From sequence record SRR20825019_968: a stretch of 64,000 nt of DNA; one strand, written 5' to 3'. A program made the translations under genes and the position numbers. Under the pieces are notes generated by a model. It did not search any database and was not told the origin of the DNA. It was given only the letters and a program-made list of their open reading frames with translations. Positions 59,490 to 64,000 of the stretch are shown piece by piece. Within the stretch, counting starts at the first letter, position 1. Every line of letters begins with the position of its first letter.

Positions 59490-60511
59490 TAAGGGACTTC
59501 AACTTTATTGATGATTTTCAATACGATATCTCCAGCGGTAATATTTTCAGCTTCTGCTTCGTATGTTAACCCCAATCTGTGTCGCATCACGTCTGGAGCG
59601 ATTGCGCGCACGTCTTCTGGAATTACGAATGCTCTGCCTTGCAAGAATGCAAATGCCTTTGAAGCGAGAGCCAAGTTAATGCTTGCTCTTGGTGAACATC
59701 CAACGCTAATCAGCGCGTCCAATTGTGGAAGTCCATATTGTTCAGGAGTTCGAGTAGCATAAACTATGTCTACGATATATTGTTCGATTTTTTCATCGAG
59801 ATAAACTTGTTTTACGAGTTCCTTGCATCGTTCAATGTCCGCAACAGAAACCACTTGCTTTGCTTTCTGGATTCCTCCTTCACGCACATGCCCGCGAATA
59901 ATTTGTCGCTCTTCTTCTTTTGAAGGGTAATCAAGGAATACTTTGAGCATGAAACGGTCTACTTGCGCTTCAGGGAGAGGATAAGTTCCTTCCTGCTCGA
60001 TTGGGTTTTGTGTTGCCAATACGAGAAACGGCTTCGGTAAAACGAATGTTTCATCACCAATGGTTACCTGTCGCTCTTGCATCGCTTCGAGTAAAGCACT
60101 CTGCACTTTTGCTGGAGCACGGTTAATCTCATCCGCAAGAATGAAATTGGAGAATATTGGTCCCTTCTTCACCGTGAATGATTCGCTTTTTTGATTGTAT
60201 ATCAACGTTCCAGTGACATCTGCGGGTAACAAATCCGGTGTGAATTGGATTCGACTAAAACCAACGTCAATTGCATCCGAAAGTGTTTTGATTGCGAGTG
60301 TTTTTGCAAGACCAGGAACCCCCTCCAAGAGGATGTGTCCATCTGCCAAAAGACCAATGAGCAATCGATCCATCATGTAATTTTGCCCAACAATTACTTT
60401 AGAGACTTCCTCCCGAAGTAACTGAATGACGGCATTCTCTAATTTGATTTTTTCACTTACAATCCGAAGTGCTTCGGCTGGATTCATTGGGTTATTTGAG
60501 TTTTCAATCAT
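59489..60511 (-). CDS. moxR: MoxR family AAA+ ATPase
   Basis: GHILLEGVPGLAKT, RIQFTPDLLP, DEINRA and ATQNPIEQEGTYPLPEAQ. Confidence 0.95.
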   Translation of the reverse strand: MIENSNNPMNPAEALRIVSEKIKLENAVIQLLREEVSKVIVGQNYMMDRLLIGLLADGHILLEGVPGLAKTLAIKTLSDAIDVGFSRIQFTPDLLPADVTGTLIYNQKSESFTVKKGPIFSNFILADEINRAPAKVQSALLEAMQERQVTIGDETFVLPKPFLVLATQNPIEQEGTYPLPEAQVDRFMLKVFLDYPSKEEERQIIRGHVREGGIQKAKQVVSVADIERCKELVKQVYLDEKIEQYIVDIVYATRTPEQYGLPQLDALISVGCSPRASINLALASKAFAFLQGRAFVIPEDVRAIAPDVMRHRLGLTYEAEAENITAGDIVLKIINKVEVP

Positions 60512-60615
60512 CTGTACAAGGTCAACTAACAAAGTTGTAAAGATAAGACTTGGAGGGCTTGATTTTGCTGTTAATTAATGTTAACATTGTCTAGTAAACC
60601 TAAGCATACAAATCG

Positions 60616-60978
60616 ATGGAAAATAGAACGTGTAATGAGTGTGGACAAAAATTACTGGGTCGAGTGGATCAAAAGTTCTGTTCCGATTATTGTAGAAACA
60701 CGTTTAACAATCGCCAGAATCAAGATGCAACGAAATACGTTCGAAGGATTAACGGAATCCTTCGGAAAAACAGAAGAATTCTAGAGCAATTAAATCCAAA
60801 TGGAAAGCACACTGTAGATGGACTTCGATTGGCAGAAGAAGGGTTCAATTTTCATTACTACACGAACGTTTATGAAACGAAGAAAGGTGCGAAGTATGTT
60901 TTTTGCTACGATCAAGGTTATCTTAAATTAGACGGAGATCAGTATATGCTGGTGGTGAAACAAGATTATGTCCGATAG
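60616..60978 (+). CDS. DUF2116-like Zn-ribbon protein
   Basis: CNECG..GRVDQKFCSDYCR. Confidence 0.8.
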   Translation: MENRTCNECGQKLLGRVDQKFCSDYCRNTFNNRQNQDATKYVRRINGILRKNRRILEQLNPNGKHTVDGLRLAEEGFNFHYYTNVYETKKGAKYVFCYDQGYLKLDGDQYMLVVKQDYVR

Positions 60979-61560
60979 ATGAAAGAATCACATATTTCTT
61001 TGCTTCAAAATGCATTTCTTCCGGTTGAATTAACGGTGGAACGTCATCCTGAATTTTTTAAAATCTGGGAAGAAGTCTCTTTTGGACGAAATGAAATTAT
61101 CACGGATCACGGAAAAGCAGAACCTTATTTTTACGTCGTTGAAAGTGGAACTCAAATGATTTACCTAATGGATAAAAATGGAGATCAACACGTAATTGGG
61201 TTTTCGTTCGATGGAAGTTTTTCGGGAGTGTATGATGCCTTTCTATCTGGAACTCCAGCATTATACGCGCTGCAAACAATCAGCAAGAGTAAGTTGCTAC
61301 GAACAAGTCGTGATAATTTCCTGAGCTTATTTGATCTTTATCCTGAATTTGAGCGATGGGGAAGGATTGTTCACATGAATTTATTGACAGGTAGAGTGAA
61401 TCGAGAAGTTGAGTTGATTACGCTTTCGGCTGCGGAGCGATTTGCGTCGTTTCAAAAAAGGTGTCCTGAACCGTTGATGAAAATTCCACAGAAATACATA
61501 GCTTCTTACCTTAATATGACACCAGAAACGTACAGTAGACTCCGAAAATTGGGAGTTTAG
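60979..61560 (+). CDS. Crp/Fnr family transcriptional regulator
   Basis: cNMP-binding region plus C-terminal IPQKYIASYLNMTPETYSRLR HTH. Confidence 0.92.
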   Translation: MKESHISLLQNAFLPVELTVERHPEFFKIWEEVSFGRNEIITDHGKAEPYFYVVESGTQMIYLMDKNGDQHVIGFSFDGSFSGVYDAFLSGTPALYALQTISKSKLLRTSRDNFLSLFDLYPEFERWGRIVHMNLLTGRVNREVELITLSAAERFASFQKRCPEPLMKIPQKYIASYLNMTPETYSRLRKLGV

Positions 61561-61567
61561 TGCATTT

Positions 61568-61583
61568 CTTGATTTGGATCAAG
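61568..61583. promoter_or_regulatory. Crp/Fnr-type operator
   Basis: CTTGAT-TTGG-ATCAAG; perfect TTGAT-N4-ATCAA. Confidence 0.75.
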
Positions 61584-61629
61584 TTATTTTGACTGAAACA
61601 AAGGTTCCTTTGTTAAAAAAAAGAAGCAA

Positions 61630-62211
61630 ATGGCACGAATTCAGATTTCAAGAGAAAACCAATTAGAGCGGATTCAATTAATGGAAAATAAGATGCGTGA
61701 TTTTCAAAAAAAGGATGTCCAAACGTTGCATGCGAAACCAGATTTAAAAAGTTGGAATGTTCTTGAGGTGATTGAACACATATCAACCGCGCATGATCCA
61801 TATATTTCAAAAATGGATGACGCATTAGAAAAATTGGAGCAGATGTCACCAAAAAAATGGAAAAGCACTGAAATGAGGAGTATGGCTTCTTATGTTTGTA
61901 ATCGAATGCTCCCGAAAGAAGAAGTGATAAAATTCAAAATGAAGACTTCGAAGAAATTCCAACCAATTTTACCTGATAATCGACTCACAGAGGCGCAAAT
62001 GACTGAAGTTTTTAGTCGGTTTTATCGCTCTTTGGAGCATCTTAAATCAACAATTGGTAAGTATGGCGATTTAGCAGTTGAGCGGGTAAGGTTTAATTCA
62101 GCAATCGGACCTGTTGTTCGATTTAATGTAGCGGAGGCTGTAGAGTTTATTATTTCTCACAATGAAAGACATCTCGTCCAAATAGCGAATACATTGAAAA
62201 AAATCAAGTAA
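61630..62211 (+). CDS. DinB family protein
   Basis: KP..KSWNVLEVIEH and C-terminal HNERHLVQI. Confidence 0.88.
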   Translation: MARIQISRENQLERIQLMENKMRDFQKKDVQTLHAKPDLKSWNVLEVIEHISTAHDPYISKMDDALEKLEQMSPKKWKSTEMRSMASYVCNRMLPKEEVIKFKMKTSKKFQPILPDNRLTEAQMTEVFSRFYRSLEHLKSTIGKYGDLAVERVRFNSAIGPVVRFNVAEAVEFIISHNERHLVQIANTLKKIK

Positions 62212-62429
62212 CATTCCAATAGTAAAGGGCTCAACTGAAGCTTTAACAAAGCGTTGGCGACGAGAATGTTGAGATCAACCCGCAGTTTTGATCAAATAAA
62301 TCAGTGTTTCTAGTCGTCTTTTACACTTTAGGATTTCTCTCTAAGCAAAAAAAATCAACAAATAAGTGTACGAATTAGTGAGTTACGCCGTCTTGAAGTA
62401 GTATCTTGTAGAACTGTTAAAACTATTTT

Positions 62430-64000
62430 ATGAAACTATTTGGCTCAACTCTGGCTCTCCTTTTGCTTCTATTTCTTCCAACTTGTGGCTTTGCACAAAG
62501 AACTACACTGAAATTGAAGTCTGGAAATTATGACCTCAAAACCATTACTGAAAGTAGATCATTCGATCCAACGGAATTAGCACAGAACGCGCAGTATCGA
62601 ATAATTCAATTTAATGTGATTCCATCGTTAGAGGAAAAGAGTAGATTGAAAAGTGAAGGAATTGAACTACTTGAATACCTTCCTGATAATTCATTTTTTG
62701 CTCGAGTGAATGCTCAAAGTAATTTTGGAGTTTTAGGAACAAATGATCGTGTCGTTCGCATTGAGTCTGTATATAAATTATCAACAAACTTAGCAGAGAA
62801 AAATTATCCTCATTGGACACTCTTTGGTTCGGACAAAATAGAGTTGAGTGCTTTCTATTTTGAAGGAATTGATGCAAGTACGCTACTTTCTGAACTAAAA
62901 GCATTTAATGCTGAGGTGGTTTCATTTGTCCCAGAAAGAAAAACAGTTCAATTGAGAATTCCACTTGATAGACTAGATCAACTATATACATCGAATTATT
63001 TCCATTATTTCGAAGAGTTAGCCGCTCCTGAGGTTCCTGAGAATGAGCCAGGGAGACTTTTGCATCGCAGTAACTCACTTTGGACAGAGTATCAAGGAGG
63101 AAACCAGTATAATGGTGAAGGCGTAACCGTAATGGTGCAAGACGACGGAATTGTTGGCCCACATATCGATTATACAGGACGAGTTGATCAATCTAATTGT
63201 GGAGGATGCAGTACAAATCCAGGAAATGATCACGGAGATCACGTAGTAGGAATTTTAGGAGGAGCTGGGAATCTAAATCCAGATAACCGCGGAATGGCTC
63301 ACGGAGCAGAAATTCTAATTTTTAGCAGTTCAAATGCCAATTATTATAGCGTTCCAGCTTTAAATGCAAGTTCTGATCTTGTAATCACATCGAAAAGTTA
63401 CGGCGATGGTTGCAATTCTGGTTACAGTTCACTTACGAGAGATCTTGATCAACAAGTAAGACAAATACCAGAGGTAATTCATGTCTTCTCTTGCGGTAAT
63501 TCAGGGACACAAAACTGCGGTTATGGTGCTGGTTCTGGCTGGGGGAATATCACTGGTGGTCACAAAAGCGGAAAAAACGTAATAGCAGTTGGTAACTTAA
63601 CTGGACTCGATAATATTTCTTCAAGTAGTAGTCGTGGACCTGCAACAGATGGTAGAATAAAGCCAGATGTTTGTGCAGTAGGATCAAGTGTCACTTCAAC
63701 GACTCCAGAAAATACTTACGGGGTTAAATCAGGAACATCAATGGCTTGTCCTGGTGTTGCTGGAACGATTACCCAATTATACGAAGCATACAAAGATTTG
63801 AATGGTGGCGTGAATCCGAATTCAGGATTGATAAAAGCAAGCGTACTGAATACGGCTGAAGATCTTGGGAATGACGGTCCTGACTTCACTTATGGATGGG
63901 GAAGAATCAACGCACGAAGAGCCTTAGATTTATTAAGCAATAATCAATATTATACAGGATCGATCACGCAAGGCGCAGCTCAGTCAAATACAATTGCGGT
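62430..64000 (+). CDS. Secreted S8 (subtilisin-like) serine peptidase, truncated by the window end
   Basis: Hand translation from ATG 62430: signal peptide, VMVQDDG (Asp 63141), DHGDHVVG (His 63231) and SGTSMACP (Ser 63738), all in one frame. Confidence 0.93.
   Translation, partial: MKLFGSTLALLLLLFLPTCGFAQRTTLKLKSGNYDLKTITESRSFDPTELAQNAQYRIIQFNVIPSLEEKSRLKSEGIELLEYLPDNSFFARVNAQSNFGVLGTNDRVVRIESVYKLSTNLAEKNYPHWTLFGSDKIELSAFYFEGIDASTLLSELKAFNAEVVSFVPERKTVQLRIPLDRLDQLYTSNYFHYFEELAAPEVPENEPGRLLHRSNSLWTEYQGGNQYNGEGVTVMVQDDGIVGPHIDYTGRVDQSNCGGCSTNPGNDHGDHVVGILGGAGNLNPDNRGMAHGAEILIFSSSNANYYSVPALNASSDLVITSKSYGDGCNSGYSSLTRDLDQQVRQIPEVIHVFSCGNSGTQNCGYGAGSGWGNITGGHKSGKNVIAVGNLTGLDNISSSSSRGPATDGRIKPDVCAVGSSVTSTTPENTYGVKSGTSMACPGVAGTITQLYEAYKDLNGGVNPNSGLIKASVLNTAEDLGNDGPDFTYGWGRINARRALDLLSNNQYYTGSITQGAAQSNTIA

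Noticed and set aside
52286-60511. moxR-DUF58-bat cluster as a novel system
   Set aside because: It is the known Bacteroidota aerotolerance (Bat) operon in its usual order
62611-63162. Two minus-strand ORFs (62611-62904, 62905-63162)
   Set aside because: Antisense shadows of the S8 peptidase gene
1-64000. Numerous 60-160 aa ORFs overlapping assigned genes; prophage, IS or defence island
   Set aside because: They are alternate-frame shadows without motifs; no transposase, integrase, phage or restriction/defence genes were recognised

Overview
This is a 64-kb, mostly housekeeping chromosomal segment from a Bacteroidota bacterium, probably Flavobacteriales. That assignment rests on TAnnTTTG promoters, weak or absent Shine-Dalgarno sites, type IX secretion (T9SS) genes and the Bat operon. 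In order, the window holds the 3' end of RNase P RNA, a sufA-B-C-D operon with a Fur-like box, ribF, a PorP/PorE-like/PorP T9SS cassette, a broken DUF4272-like gene, a LolE-type permease with a large insertion, NamZ, rlmF and purE. It continues with amino-acid catabolism genes (kynA, hppD, hmgA, a threonine dehydrogenase-like gene), a LiaF/LytS/LytTR module, deoC with two ALDH genes, tonB, gcvH, an unshifted prfB, lysA, a cyclophilin-FKBP PPIase, nadK and pdxJ. The last part has T9SS cargo, an OmpA/TSP3 protein, dnaG, ispB, rlmN, moxR-bat, crp-dinB and a subtilase that runs off the window. I found no transposase, prophage, CRISPR array, tRNA or rRNA. The most interesting signal is a 57-nt leader ORF (MWIALKLLLLFLIKRNPE*) between a consensus promoter and the hmgA-hppD tyrosine catabolism operon. 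It is a candidate TnaC-like, metabolite-sensing leader peptide. All family assignments come from motif recognition, not database searches.
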